From Pseudomonadota bacterium (GTDB taxonomy: Bacteria > CALINM01): a stretch of DNA of 64,000 bases. A model generated the notes under the pieces. The model made no database searches, was not told the origin of the DNA, and worked only from the letters and a program-made list of their open reading frames with translations. Position numbers and translations under genes: made by a program. Every line of letters starts with the position of its first letter. Within the stretch, counting starts at the first letter, position 1. Location of the stretch: the NCBI GenBank assembly GCA_026418415.1, contig JAOABK010000005.1, positions 1,943 through 65,942 of the forward strand, written 5' to 3'. Below, piece by piece: positions 1-9,566 of this stretch.

Positions 1-2434
1 TACATGTTTTATCAGAACTTATAAGAACTTGAGCTTTATTGTTGCCAATATCTATACAATCCCCACTCCATCCAATAAAAACAGAATTTGATGATGGATT
101 CGCGGTTAGTGTTATTAGACTTCCATAAAGGTACATTTCATTACAATCATTACCACAAGAAATACCTAATGGAGAACTATTTACTAACCCTGTTCCTGTG
201 CCAGTTTTTAAAACATTTAATTTGTAAGAATTTAATCCGAAAAATACTGATAATTCGCATGGGCCTGTAATAATATCTGTTGTAAAAATATTACCATTAA
301 GTGTGCCACCACAATCACTATAAACCTCTTGTATATGATAGTTAGTATTTGGAGTGATTGTGCAATTATAAAATAGATTATTACCCTGCTGATTGATAAC
401 ACAATTAATTTTCCCGCCTTCCTCAGGTACAGGATAAGTAAATATCAATGTTGAATTAATGTCTTCTTCAAAAGTCACATTTAAAGTGCAATTAGCAGTA
501 ATTGGGGATGTACGAAAATAATTACCACTAAGAATTCCAGGACAACCATATACAGTGGATACTTTATATCCTATATTCGGGATTAAGTGGAACAAAACGC
601 TATCTCCATAATTTACTACAAAATTACCATCTGGTGAAACTCTTCCATTTGGTCCCACATTGACATTAATATTAAAAGTCTGTATGCCAAAATTAGCGAC
701 TATGTTTTTATTTGAATTAAGAGTGATTGTTATGGAATTTTGAGTAGAATTAACATCTCCAGACCAGTGGGTAAAGAAAGTCCCTGGAGAAGAATTATAA
801 GCGGTCAGTGTGATCTGTTGGTCTGTATACTCTTTAGTACAAATTGAATTAGGGCAGTATATACCGCTCCCCATAACAAACCCATAGTCATTATTAGGTC
901 TAATTGAAACATTAACAGAAGCTTTCCCTATCCCCGAAAGAGTTAAAAAAGTACTTGTTGATAAAGCACCATCTGAATTAAAGCCTACATAGGCAATCCT
1001 ATTTCCAGTAATAGTCGGTTTGAATTTAACCTCTATAATACATTGATTTAATTGAGGAATTTGGATCCCTACACAATTATTTGTTATTATAAAATCATTA
1101 ACATGACCCTCTACAATAAGATCGCTAATATTTAAAGTTTTAAAGCCAGTATTGTATAAAGTAAATGTTTCTGTTATTGAATTATTGCCAAGTCCAATTA
1201 TACCAAAATCCTTGCTCGCGGGTTCGATATAAATGTCTGAAAAACCAATTTGTGTTGGAAGATCTTTATAGGAAACAGTTGAACCATCACCTAACTGGCC
1301 AGTTCTATTATCACCCCATGTCCACAATGTATAATCATAAGAATTCTGTGAACTTGTTTTTATACCTATTACATTCATACCTCCTATAGCTACTGTTAAC
1401 CAATTTTGTTCATTATCTATATTTATAGGATATCCAATAGGATTGGGAGCATTTCCGTTTCCTAACTGTCCCATTAAATTCAATCCCCATATCCATAATC
1501 TACCATTATTTAAAGCTACTCCATTATACATACCCGCAGTTATCATAGTTCGAGGAGAACTTAAATCAAGGGGAGGGAGATTAGGATTTAATGTAGGAAC
1601 TGGCACGAAGCCCCCTGAAGTCATACCTAAAGTTCCATTATTGTGTCCCCAAACATAAAGTTCGCCATTTTGCTTGACGCCATAGGAAAAGAAATGTCCT
1701 GCTGAAACTAATGCCCAATCAGATGCATCTCCTATCTTTTTAGGAGATAAGACATCATTTATATTTCCAGCATTACCATCACCAATCTGTGCAAAAAAAT
1801 TACCACCCCATGCATATAGTTCACCATTATTTGAAATAGCTAACACATGGTCAAAGCCAGTCGAGATTTTTGTAAATGTAACACCTTCTGGGATTAAAAC
1901 TCTTATAGGAAATCTACTCGAAGTTTTGCGGTTATCCCCTAATTGGCCAGCACCACCATCTCCAAAGGCCCATAAAGATCCATCTGATTTTCTTGCAATG
2001 GTAAAAAATCCCCCCGCATAAACTTCAGTCCAATCATTGTCATTACCTATTTTAACAGGATAATTAACCCTATAATAATCATATCCTAACCCCAACTGCC
2101 CGAATGAGTTGTCACCCCATCCCCATAATGTTCCATCCTCTTTTATTGCTACCGTATGACTATAACCTGCTGATACATCCTTCCATCTCGATTGCCCACC
2201 TACTAAAACGGGTAAAGATCTATCAGTATTTGTTCCATCTCCAACCTGACCATCGTTATTTCTCCCCCAAGACCATAGCTTACCATCTGGTTTTAAAACA
2301 AGCATATGTGCGGTATAAGAATTTTCAACACCATTACCACTTACCACAACTTTTGGCTTAATTGGCTCAAAGGAATACAATAAATTTGCATTTAAAAACA
2401 ATATCAGAGAGATTAGATATAATTTCTTCAGCAT
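1..2434 (-). CDS. Secreted RCC1-repeat (regulator of chromosome condensation-like beta-propeller) protein with a C-terminal beta-rich region. The 5' part only is present; the 3' end lies beyond the window start.
   Basis: Manual minus-strand translation from ATG at 2434 gives MLKKLYLISLILFLNANLLYSFEP (signal peptide). It is followed by repeated WGxNxxGQLGxG / WAWGxNxxGQLG blades typical of RCC1/ATS1 repeats. The frame stays open to position 1. The ORF track misses it because it runs off the window. Confidence 0.75.
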   Translation of the reverse strand, partial: MLKKLYLISLILFLNANLLYSFEPIKPKVVVSGNGVENSYTAHMLVLKPDGKLWSWGRNNDGQVGDGTNTDRSLPVLVGGQSRWKDVSAGYSHTVAIKEDGTLWGWGDNSFGQLGLGYDYYRVNYPVKIGNDNDWTEVYAGGFFTIARKSDGSLWAFGDGGAGQLGDNRKTSSRFPIRVLIPEGVTFTKISTGFDHVLAISNNGELYAWGGNFFAQIGDGNAGNINDVLSPKKIGDASDWALVSAGHFFSYGVKQNGELYVWGHNNGTLGMTSGGFVPVPTLNPNLPPLDLSSPRTMITAGMYNGVALNNGRLWIWGLNLMGQLGNGNAPNPIGYPINIDNEQNWLTVAIGGMNVIGIKTSSQNSYDYTLWTWGDNRTGQLGDGSTVSYKDLPTQIGFSDIYIEPASKDFGIIGLGNNSITETFTLYNTGFKTLNISDLIVEGHVNDFIITNNCVGIQIPQLNQCIIEVKFKPTITGNRIAYVGFNSDGALSTSTFLTLSGIGKASVNVSIRPNNDYGFVMGSGIYCPNSICTKEYTDQQITLTAYNSSPGTFFTHWSGDVNSTQNSITITLNSNKNIVANFGIQTFNINVNVGPNGRVSPDGNFVVNYGDSVLFHLIPNIGYKVSTVYGCPGILSGNYFRTSPITANCTLNVTFEEDINSTLIFTYPVPEEGGKINCVINQQGNNLFYNCTITPNTNYHIQEVYSDCGGTLNGNIFTTDIITGPCELSVFFGLNSYKLNVLKTGTGTGLVNSSPLGISCGNDCNEMYLYGSLITLTANPSSNSVFIGWSGDCIDIGNNKAQVLISSDKTC

Positions 2435-2463
2435 ATCTTTATTTTATCAAAAATTAAAAATTT

Positions 2464-3330
2464 TTACTCCTTTTTTTCAATACCTGGAAAAATTTGGTAT
2501 TCTGGGGGAGTCTCAAGTCCCCTTTTTACCCTATCAAAATAGGAATTCTCCTTAACAGATGCCTTTGGGAAGTTCACAATGGGCAAGGGGTCTAAAATTA
2601 ATCCTTTCTTCTTTAATTCTTCTATTCCTGCTTTAATAATAATCGCACTTTCAGCTACTGTTTTACCTAAATTTCTAATACTTCTTATATTCATTAATCC
2701 GCTTATTGGGGGTCTCGTCCGAGAAGAATCGGTATGGAAGGCATTTTCTCCTAAGGGCATAATTGAATCACATGTATCAACCAACCCACCTAAAAAGGAA
2801 GATTGAGGTGGTGGATCGGATTTGTGTGGTCTTGCTCCAACTATAAAACTACTCCCTATTGATAAAGCCCATTTATGAATAGTTGACAATGCTGACTCCT
2901 GACCACCACGTCTCTCAAAGGCTACAACAATACCTCCAACAACTTTATGGCTAATAGCACCACTCAAAGATGAACCAGCATAATGACAGAAAGGTGCTCC
3001 CCTTTCAAAGAGTGCCTTTAGTTTAGCAGAAACATCAAAGGCATAGGAAGGACTACCAATAATTACTCCATCAGCTAATGAGATCTCTTTGTATATCTCT
3101 CCTACATCATCCCGATGAATGTAACAAACATTCTCCCAGGTTGCACCTTTATTAAATCCATAACACTGATAACATCCTTCACATGGATAAACTCTTTTTT
3201 CCGCAAGGCTTATAAAAAAAGTTTCAATACCTTCATATACTTCTTTTGCAGATTCTAACGCTAACTTTACTGCATTTTCTGTATTACCCTTTCTTGGACT
3301 ACCTGCGATACCAAGTATTCTAACTTTCAT
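2464..3330 (-). CDS. Iron-sulfur flavoprotein (Isf-like), NADPH-dependent FMN reductase/flavodoxin-like fold
   Basis: N-terminal GIAGSPRKGNT flavodoxin-like FMN-binding motif; compact Cys cluster CEGCYQCYG...C typical of Isf 4Fe-4S site; 288 aa. Confidence 0.7.
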   Translation of the reverse strand: MKVRILGIAGSPRKGNTENAVKLALESAKEVYEGIETFFISLAEKRVYPCEGCYQCYGFNKGATWENVCYIHRDDVGEIYKEISLADGVIIGSPSYAFDVSAKLKALFERGAPFCHYAGSSLSGAISHKVVGGIVVAFERRGGQESALSTIHKWALSIGSSFIVGARPHKSDPPPQSSFLGGLVDTCDSIMPLGENAFHTDSSRTRPPISGLMNIRSIRNLGKTVAESAIIIKAGIEELKKKGLILDPLPIVNFPKASVKENSYFDRVKRGLETPPEYQIFPGIEKKE

Positions 3331-3332
3331 AA

Positions 3333-4010
3333 TTACTCCCTAAGCTTTTCTTCAACAAATTCTTTTAAATCGTAGAAAGTATAATATGGCTCACCGATAA
3401 ACCTTTTAATATCATTCTTTTCTTTTACCAGGGTTTCTATAGTTTCTTTTAATAACATGTCTAATTTTAGACTCTTAGCACAGTCATTATAAAAAATCAG
3501 GGGATGTAAATATGTCCAACTTTCTTTTAACCTATCATACATTTTTATTAAAGATCTGTGAATAATATTTTTGATAGATCTTTCTGTGTATTCATCTTTA
3601 ACAAAAAAATTTTCTAAAAACTCTTTTTTTATTTCCCCACTTAGAAGTTTATTTTTCTGTACTATGAATCCAAAGATTATATTTCCATCAATTTTTATAT
3701 AAAAGATGTAATTTTTGTATTTTGAATTAAGTATAGTAAATGGCAAAAAGGGTTCTTTAAAATTTCTATCAAATGATATTTCAAAATTATAAGGATATAA
3801 CTCAACGTCAATCTTTTGAATGAGACCTGCTAATTCATCTCTTAATTTTGGTATTAAAGGAAATCTTAAATATACTCCTCTATCTCTTACTTCAGCAGAA
3901 ATTAAATTTGAAATATGGTTTTTATATTCAGGAAATTTTTCTTCTAAGCTTTTTAATATCTCAAGGATGGTTACCATAAAGAATAAAAGGAGCGGTTTTA
4001 ACCGCTCCAT
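3333..4010 (-). CDS. Hypothetical protein with no recognisable domain. The true start may be the downstream Met at 3977.
   Basis: Long ORF, 225 aa. The annotated start codon lies inside a GC-rich hairpin, and neither candidate start has a clear Shine-Dalgarno sequence. Confidence 0.45.
   Translation of the reverse strand: MERLKPLLLFFMVTILEILKSLEEKFPEYKNHISNLISAEVRDRGVYLRFPLIPKLRDELAGLIQKIDVELYPYNFEISFDRNFKEPFLPFTILNSKYKNYIFYIKIDGNIIFGFIVQKNKLLSGEIKKEFLENFFVKDEYTERSIKNIIHRSLIKMYDRLKESWTYLHPLIFYNDCAKSLKLDMLLKETIETLVKEKNDIKRFIGEPYYTFYDLKEFVEEKLRE
3978..4008 (-). terminator. Terminator-like or attenuator hairpin followed by a U-tract, immediately upstream of or overlapping the start of the hypothetical gene. 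The stem is GGAGCGGUU/AACCGCUCC and the tract is UUUUAUUCUUU.
   Basis: Perfect 9-bp inverted repeat at 3989..4008, with T-rich run 3978..3988 on the minus strand. A second GC palindrome, GACCCCAGCGGGGTC, lies at 4032..4046. Confidence 0.4.
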
Positions 4011-4109
4011 AAACAGGGAATCTTTTTAACAGACCCCAGCGGGGTCAGCAACCCTCTTTACAATGGGTTACAGGGCGTAACATATATTTTGCTCTTGCTA
4101 CCATATCTT

Positions 4110-4328
4110 TCACCCCCTTTTTTTGTATTCTGTAATTTTTACAACCTGTTGAACACCCGACATATTCTCAAGCTCTGTAGCATCAAAACCAATCACATCT
4201 CCTATTACTCCAATTATAACATGTTTCATCCCTGTTGACTGGTGGATATCAAAATTTTTTGAAATTAGATACTCTTTTACTCTTTCAATATCCTCTTGAG
4301 TTGCTGTGGCTTCCATTATGACTAACAT
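4110..4328 (-). CDS. Free-standing ACT/ferredoxin-like regulatory domain of the type fused to the N-terminus of Thermotoga-type DAHP synthase
   Basis: The 72-aa sequence MLVIMEATATQEDIERVKEYL...HVIIGVIGD...VVKITEYK matches, from memory, the pattern of the Thermotoga maritima DAHPS N-terminal regulatory domain. It lies directly downstream of chorismate mutase. Confidence 0.5.
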   Translation of the reverse strand: MLVIMEATATQEDIERVKEYLISKNFDIHQSTGMKHVIIGVIGDVIGFDATELENMSGVQQVVKITEYKKRG

Positions 4329-4330
4329 AA

Positions 4331-4612
4331 TTAGTCTCCTTTAGCCTTTATTCTCTCTAATCTTCTTGCCTCATCAATTATACGTTCGAATAACCTTATT
4401 ATAGCACTATTTTCAAGAGGCCCGGTATTCTCTTTTAAAAGTCTTTCTATTATTTTTTTCTCACGTTCAGGATCATAAACAGGAAGATTATATTTTTTCT
4501 TTATTTCACCGATTTCTAAAGCTAATTTAGATCTCTCGTTTAACAACTTAAGAAGCTCACTATCGATCTTATCAATTTCCTCTCTTAATAAGTTTATCTC
4601 AGGTATTGTCAT
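4331..4612 (-). CDS. aroQ: Chorismate mutase (AroQ class, monofunctional)
   Basis: 93 aa, all-helical CM_2 signature (LREEIDKIDSELLKLLNERSKLALEIGEIKK...YDPEREKKIIERL); ATGA overlap with nadB stop. Confidence 0.8.
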   Translation of the reverse strand: MTIPEINLLREEIDKIDSELLKLLNERSKLALEIGEIKKKYNLPVYDPEREKKIIERLLKENTGPLENSAIIRLFERIIDEARRLERIKAKGD

Positions 4613-6228
4613 AGATAACCACCAGGTTTTCTAAAAACTATAGTATCCTTTAACCACATTACATCATCAGTCTCAGGATAATCAAGGTTGTAATGTAACC
4701 CTCTTGATTCTTTCCTCATTGAAGCACAGGTTATTATTAAATCAGCTATATTTGTTAAGTTTCTTAATTCCAGCAGATCAGCATTTGGCTTAAAATGTGT
4801 ATAATATTCTCTGATCTCATCTTTAAGAATTTCGATTCTCCTTTTTGCCCTTTCTAACCTTTTATCACTCCTTACTATACCAACATAATTCCACATAAGA
4901 CGCTTTATTTCATCCCAGTTATGTCTAATCATAATCATCTCTTCGGGATCAAAATAAGTATAATATTTCCAAGGAGAGACAAGTTCTAAGGTTACTGTTT
5001 TTGTTTCTGAGAGCTTTTTTACACAATCTTCATATGCATTATGAGCAAAAACTATCGCTTCGAGAAGTGAATTGCTTGCAAGTCGATTAGCCCCATGAAG
5101 ACCTGTACATGCCACTTCACCAATTGCATATAGGTTAGATAATGTTGATTCACCGTTATGATCAGTAAGTACTCCACCGCACATATAATGTGCTGATGGA
5201 ACAACTGGTATCCAATCCTTTCTAATATCAATACCTAAAGTAAGGCAATGTTCAAAGATTTGAGGAAATCTTTTAACTATAAAATCTCCGTTAAGATGGG
5301 TTATATCAAGATACACGTGTTTAAGTCCAAATTTCTTCATTTCTGCATCAATCGCTCTTGCAACTACATCTCTTGGAGCCAATTCTTTCATGGGATGGTA
5401 TTTCTCCATAAAGGTTCTTCCGTCAGGCAATCTCAATACACCACCTTCGCCTCTTACTGCCTCTGATATAAGAAAAGATTGCATCCCATTGGGTTGATAA
5501 AGTGCAGTGGGATGAAATTGGAAAAACTCCATGTTTGCAATCTTTGCTCCAGCTCTATAAGCCATAGCAACACCATCACCTGTTGCTATGGGAGGGTTTG
5601 TAGTATGTAGGTAAACCTGCCCACCACCACCAGTAGCAAGAACAACAAATTTAGCAACAAAAGTTTTAACCTCACCAGTTGCTTCATCAAGAACATAAGC
5701 ACCAAAACATCTATCTTTACTCAAAGTCTGCTTAGTTAAACGAGATTCAATTAATAAATCAATAGCGAAATGATTTTCTAATAACAAAATGTTTGGTATT
5801 TGTTTCACTCTTTCTACAAGTGTTTTCTCTATTTCTCTACCAGTAAAATCTCCTGCATGAAGGATTCTTCTATGAGAGTGCCCACCTTCTTTTCCCAAAT
5901 CAAACCTTTCTACCTTCTCTTCAGAGAGGGTGAACTTCATTCCCATGTCAATTAAATCTTGAATTCTATCGGGTGCAGATTTTACAACCATTTCAACAAC
6001 ATCTTCATGGCAAAGACCTGCACCAGCAATAAGAGTGTCTCTAATATGATTTTCAAAGGAATCATCTTTACTGAATACCGCTGCTATCCCGCCTTGAGCA
6101 AAGTTTGTGCTTGAATCAGTCCTCGCTTTTTTTGTAATTATACAGACGTCACAATAATTTGAAGCTTTTATTGCAAAAAAGAGACCTGCTATACCACTAC
6201 CAATTACAAGAATGTCTGTTATTATCAT
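4609..6228 (-). CDS. nadB: L-aspartate oxidase
   Basis: 539 aa; N-terminal FAD dinucleotide fold VIGSGIAGL; flavoprotein core (HYMCGGV, GEVACTGLHGANRL); C-terminal NadB-type helical domain. Confidence 0.85.
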   Translation of the reverse strand: MIITDILVIGSGIAGLFFAIKASNYCDVCIITKKARTDSSTNFAQGGIAAVFSKDDSFENHIRDTLIAGAGLCHEDVVEMVVKSAPDRIQDLIDMGMKFTLSEEKVERFDLGKEGGHSHRRILHAGDFTGREIEKTLVERVKQIPNILLLENHFAIDLLIESRLTKQTLSKDRCFGAYVLDEATGEVKTFVAKFVVLATGGGGQVYLHTTNPPIATGDGVAMAYRAGAKIANMEFFQFHPTALYQPNGMQSFLISEAVRGEGGVLRLPDGRTFMEKYHPMKELAPRDVVARAIDAEMKKFGLKHVYLDITHLNGDFIVKRFPQIFEHCLTLGIDIRKDWIPVVPSAHYMCGGVLTDHNGESTLSNLYAIGEVACTGLHGANRLASNSLLEAIVFAHNAYEDCVKKLSETKTVTLELVSPWKYYTYFDPEEMIMIRHNWDEIKRLMWNYVGIVRSDKRLERAKRRIEILKDEIREYYTHFKPNADLLELRNLTNIADLIITCASMRKESRGLHYNLDYPETDDVMWLKDTIVFRKPGGYL

Positions 6229-6385
6229 TTTAAAATCATTATATCAGAAACAAACTTATAAGCAAAATTTTATGATTGTTTATAGATTGTGAACAACAAC
6301 TTATAATAAAATAACTTTTTATACAATCATATATGAAGCTTTTTATTGTTGCTTTTTTTAATATATATTTCATAAAATTTTATAG

Positions 6386-7579
6386 ATGAAAAAAATCATA
6401 TTTATATTAGTCACAATTTTGCTATTTAACGGTTGTGGAAAAAGGGATATTGAAAAGAAAATTGAACAATTAATAAAAGCAAAGGATTTTGAAAACGCTA
6501 TAAAACTCCTTGATGAAAAAATAAAGGAAAATCCGTCAAATGATCTTTACAGAATATTAAAAACAAAGGTCTATTCACGTTCTGGTAATATAGAGTTAGC
6601 TTTTAAAGAATATGAAAGGTATTATTTACTAAAGGGCAAGATAAATAAAGAATTATTAAAAGAGTTAGGATTAAGTCCCTTAAATGCCCAAATATCCCCC
6701 TATAAATTTATGGTATTACTAACTCTTGCTGATTTTAGAGAGATCCCAGAGGATATAAAAAAAATTGTACGAACATCTTTATCTGATGGTGATGAAACAG
6801 TTAGAGTAGGAGCTTGTTGGCTTGCAGGAAGGCAAAAAATTAAAGAATGGGAAAAGGATCTAATTAGGCTAACATCTGATGGAAGAAGCATCGTTTCATG
6901 GAACGCTATATGGGCTTTGGGTGAAATTAGAGAAGAAAAATCTTTCAACACTCTATCTGAAATACTTGATAATGCTAAAGATCCTTCAATTATAACAGAG
7001 ACAATAAATGCCCTTGGAAAATTTCGAGATAAAAATGCCTTGATTAAGTTACGAAGATTTTTAAACCATCCGGGTAAACATTTATCAACTGCTTCTCTTG
7101 CAGCAGTCGAGTATATCGAGAAAGGCAGTATTAAAGATACCTATTATTTCATTAAAAATCAAAAAGATGAACAATTGCTTGGATTTTTATACCTTTTGAT
7201 AGGCGAATATAAACAAAAAGAGTTATACAATGAAATCTTATCAGTTTTAAAAGATAAAAATGCTAAATTCAAAGAAAATGCAATTAGAGCGTTTGGAGAG
7301 ATTGGAAATGAAAAGGACTTACACATTCTAAAACCCTACTTGATCTCAAAAAATCAAACCGAGAAAATTCATGCCTATTTTTCATCTTACAAGCTCGGCT
7401 TGAAAGACTATGAAATCTATAAAAAGGGGCTTGATGATTCATCAGTAGAAATTAGAAGAATAAGCGCAATTGCTTTGGGACAAAGCAAAGATAAGGACGT
7501 CGAAAAAATTCTTCACGATAGACTATTAAAGGCTCCAATTTTAGATAAAGTTTTTCTAAGCTTAGCCCTAATACAATAA
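6386..7579 (+). CDS. HEAT/PBS-lyase-repeat lipoprotein
   Basis: Signal peptide with lipobox LFNGC; repeated AIWALGEI / IRAFGEIG / ALGQS HEAT-like repeats. Confidence 0.6.
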   Translation: MKKIIFILVTILLFNGCGKRDIEKKIEQLIKAKDFENAIKLLDEKIKENPSNDLYRILKTKVYSRSGNIELAFKEYERYYLLKGKINKELLKELGLSPLNAQISPYKFMVLLTLADFREIPEDIKKIVRTSLSDGDETVRVGACWLAGRQKIKEWEKDLIRLTSDGRSIVSWNAIWALGEIREEKSFNTLSEILDNAKDPSIITETINALGKFRDKNALIKLRRFLNHPGKHLSTASLAAVEYIEKGSIKDTYYFIKNQKDEQLLGFLYLLIGEYKQKELYNEILSVLKDKNAKFKENAIRAFGEIGNEKDLHILKPYLISKNQTEKIHAYFSSYKLGLKDYEIYKKGLDDSSVEIRRISAIALGQSKDKDVEKILHDRLLKAPILDKVFLSLALIQ

Positions 7580-7587
7580 ATTAGGAT

Positions 7588-8082
7588 TTAATCACAATCC
7601 ATTATTTTAAATACCTCTACAAGAATTTTGCATGTTTTTTCATAAATTCCAGGACATTTAGATTCTCTCGGTCCTGCTATATTTAAAACAGATGGTTTAA
7701 TTTTATTTATCCAATCTACTATCTTTAAAACTGGGTTCCCTTCGTCATCTAAATTCACAACTAAATAAGGTTTTTTTAGTATTTTTGCAAAATTAAGCGT
7801 TAATGCGGTTCCTCCTTCAAGCACTCCTAAATTGAAAATCAATGTGGCATCTGCATCTTCAACATTCTTCTTGGTTCTAACTTCATAATCAGGGGAATCA
7901 ATCTCATATAAACAGTCATATTTAATATCTATAACCCCATCTTCTGCAAGCCTGCCTTTTGGTATTGCTCCACCATAAGGAAGCCCACAGGATATTGCAG
8001 TATCAATTGCAGCCCTATCTACTCCAGTTTGGCCACCTGATATAACCTTTAATGATTTCATGTTTTTAATTATAATATTCAA
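7588..8082 (-). CDS. SLOG-superfamily Rossmann protein (putative molybdenum-cofactor-carrier-like / LOG-DprA-like)
   Basis: ISGGQTGVDRAAIDTAI motif, characteristic of the putative Moco carrier / YpsA-like SLOG clade; 164 aa. Confidence 0.5.
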   Translation of the reverse strand: MNIIIKNMKSLKVISGGQTGVDRAAIDTAISCGLPYGGAIPKGRLAEDGVIDIKYDCLYEIDSPDYEVRTKKNVEDADATLIFNLGVLEGGTALTLNFAKILKKPYLVVNLDDEGNPVLKIVDWINKIKPSVLNIAGPRESKCPGIYEKTCKILVEVFKIMDCD

Positions 8083-8569
8083 TGTTATAATTAATCAACG
8101 ATCCGATTCGAGGCTAATTGTGGAAAAAACATCTATTTTACAAAACGTTTATATTTTTAAAGATTTAACCTTAGAAGAGTTAAATAAAATAAGCAATATT
8201 TCAACCTTGTTAGAGATGAAATCAGGGCAGAAGTTATTTTCAGAAAATGATGACAGTGATGCTTTATATATTGTAAAACAAGGTAGTGTAATGGTTAAAA
8301 AAGGGTCAATAGTGCTATCTGTGTTAAATGAGGGCGAGTGTATAGGAGAAATTACTTTTATAAACAGAGAGAAAAGAACCGCTACAATAACAGTTATTGA
8401 AAACACCTCGATACTTAAAATAAAATATAAAGACCTTGATGAGCTAATTAAGGAGGATGCAAAAATAGCTTCAAAAATATATAAAGCTATAGCCTTAACA
8501 TTAAGTAAAAGACTAAAAGAAATGACTGAAAATGTTGAAAAAAGATTTCAGCCATTAAAGTTTTTATGA
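8060..8569 (+). CDS. Cyclic-nucleotide-binding domain protein (single cNMP domain, no DNA-binding domain). The true start is probably downstream, around 8118-8121.
   Basis: FKDLTLEELNKI...GECIGEITFINREKRTATITVIE, a cNMP-binding beta-roll. The annotated start overlaps the convergent upstream gene by 23 nt. Confidence 0.6.
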   Translation: MFLIIIFNVIINQRSDSRLIVEKTSILQNVYIFKDLTLEELNKISNISTLLEMKSGQKLFSENDDSDALYIVKQGSVMVKKGSIVLSVLNEGECIGEITFINREKRTATITVIENTSILKIKYKDLDELIKEDAKIASKIYKAIALTLSKRLKEMTENVEKRFQPLKFL

Positions 8570-9546
8570 TGTATATCACTATTAGAAGATTCTTTTATCT
8601 TTTTTTCTATTTACTAATTATCAATGCTTGCTCTCTATCTAATAACCTTTTTGTTGTATACAATTCTGAAAAAAATGAGGAAGATCCGCTTATTGTGGCA
8701 AAAAATTTAATAGATCAGAATAAATATCAAGAAGCCATAAAATATTTAGACAAAGCGATATTAAAGGATAATAGAAGTGAATATTTTTTTCTAAGAGGAC
8801 TTGTATATAAAAAAATGGGTGATTTGGATAAGGCCTTGCTTGATTTTGATACAACTATAAAATTAAACGGCAAAAATATAGAAGCATACAAATACAAAAG
8901 TGAAATATACTATGAAAAAAACAAACTATATCATGCTATTATAACTATCAACAGGGCTCTTAATATAGAACCTGAAAATATAGAATTACTCCATATTAAA
9001 GCAAATCTTTTTTTACAAGCAGGTATGATTGATGATGCAATAACTGTATATAACAGGTTAATTGAAATAAATCCAAATGATAGCGATAGTTACGCAATGC
9101 TCGGGATATTGTATACTACTAAAAATGAGTTAAATAAAGCTTTAGATATGTATAATAAATCTATAGAGCTTAATCCAAATGATTGGAGTGTATTCTATAA
9201 TAGAGGAACTAACTTTAATCGGATGCAAAAATTTCAAGAAGCCATAAAGGATTTTAATACTGCTCTCGAAATAAATAAGAATTTTACTGAAATTTATTTC
9301 GAGAGAGGATATTCCTATTTTCATTTGGGATTGTATTATCAAGCTATTGACGATTTAAAAACTGTCCTCTCTAAAGATCCTAACAAATTAGATGCCCTTT
9401 ACTTTTTAGGTCTTGCATACGAGAGAGTGGGGGAAAAAGACAAAGCGATTGAACTATATAAAAGCTTTTTAAATAATGAAAAATCAAAGAACTTTGGTGA
9501 GTTTGAAAAATATATAAGACAAAGTTTAGAAGAATTAGAAAAATAA
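8566..9546 (+). CDS. TPR-repeat lipoprotein
   Basis: Signal peptide ending in Cys; about 8 tandem 34-aa TPR units (AxxYxxxGxxYxxxxxxxxAIxxxxxALELNP pattern). Confidence 0.7.
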   Translation: MMYITIRRFFYLFFYLLIINACSLSNNLFVVYNSEKNEEDPLIVAKNLIDQNKYQEAIKYLDKAILKDNRSEYFFLRGLVYKKMGDLDKALLDFDTTIKLNGKNIEAYKYKSEIYYEKNKLYHAIITINRALNIEPENIELLHIKANLFLQAGMIDDAITVYNRLIEINPNDSDSYAMLGILYTTKNELNKALDMYNKSIELNPNDWSVFYNRGTNFNRMQKFQEAIKDFNTALEINKNFTEIYFERGYSYFHLGLYYQAIDDLKTVLSKDPNKLDALYFLGLAYERVGEKDKAIELYKSFLNNEKSKNFGEFEKYIRQSLEELEK

Positions 9547-9566
9547 ATTTTCAGGAAAAATAACAA

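Noticed and set aside
8060-8082. Apparent 23-nt gene overlap between the SLOG gene and the cNMP-binding gene
   Set aside because: It is an artefact of choosing the longest ORF. A downstream start (ATT-GTG at about 8118) gives the canonical beginning of a cNMP-binding domain.
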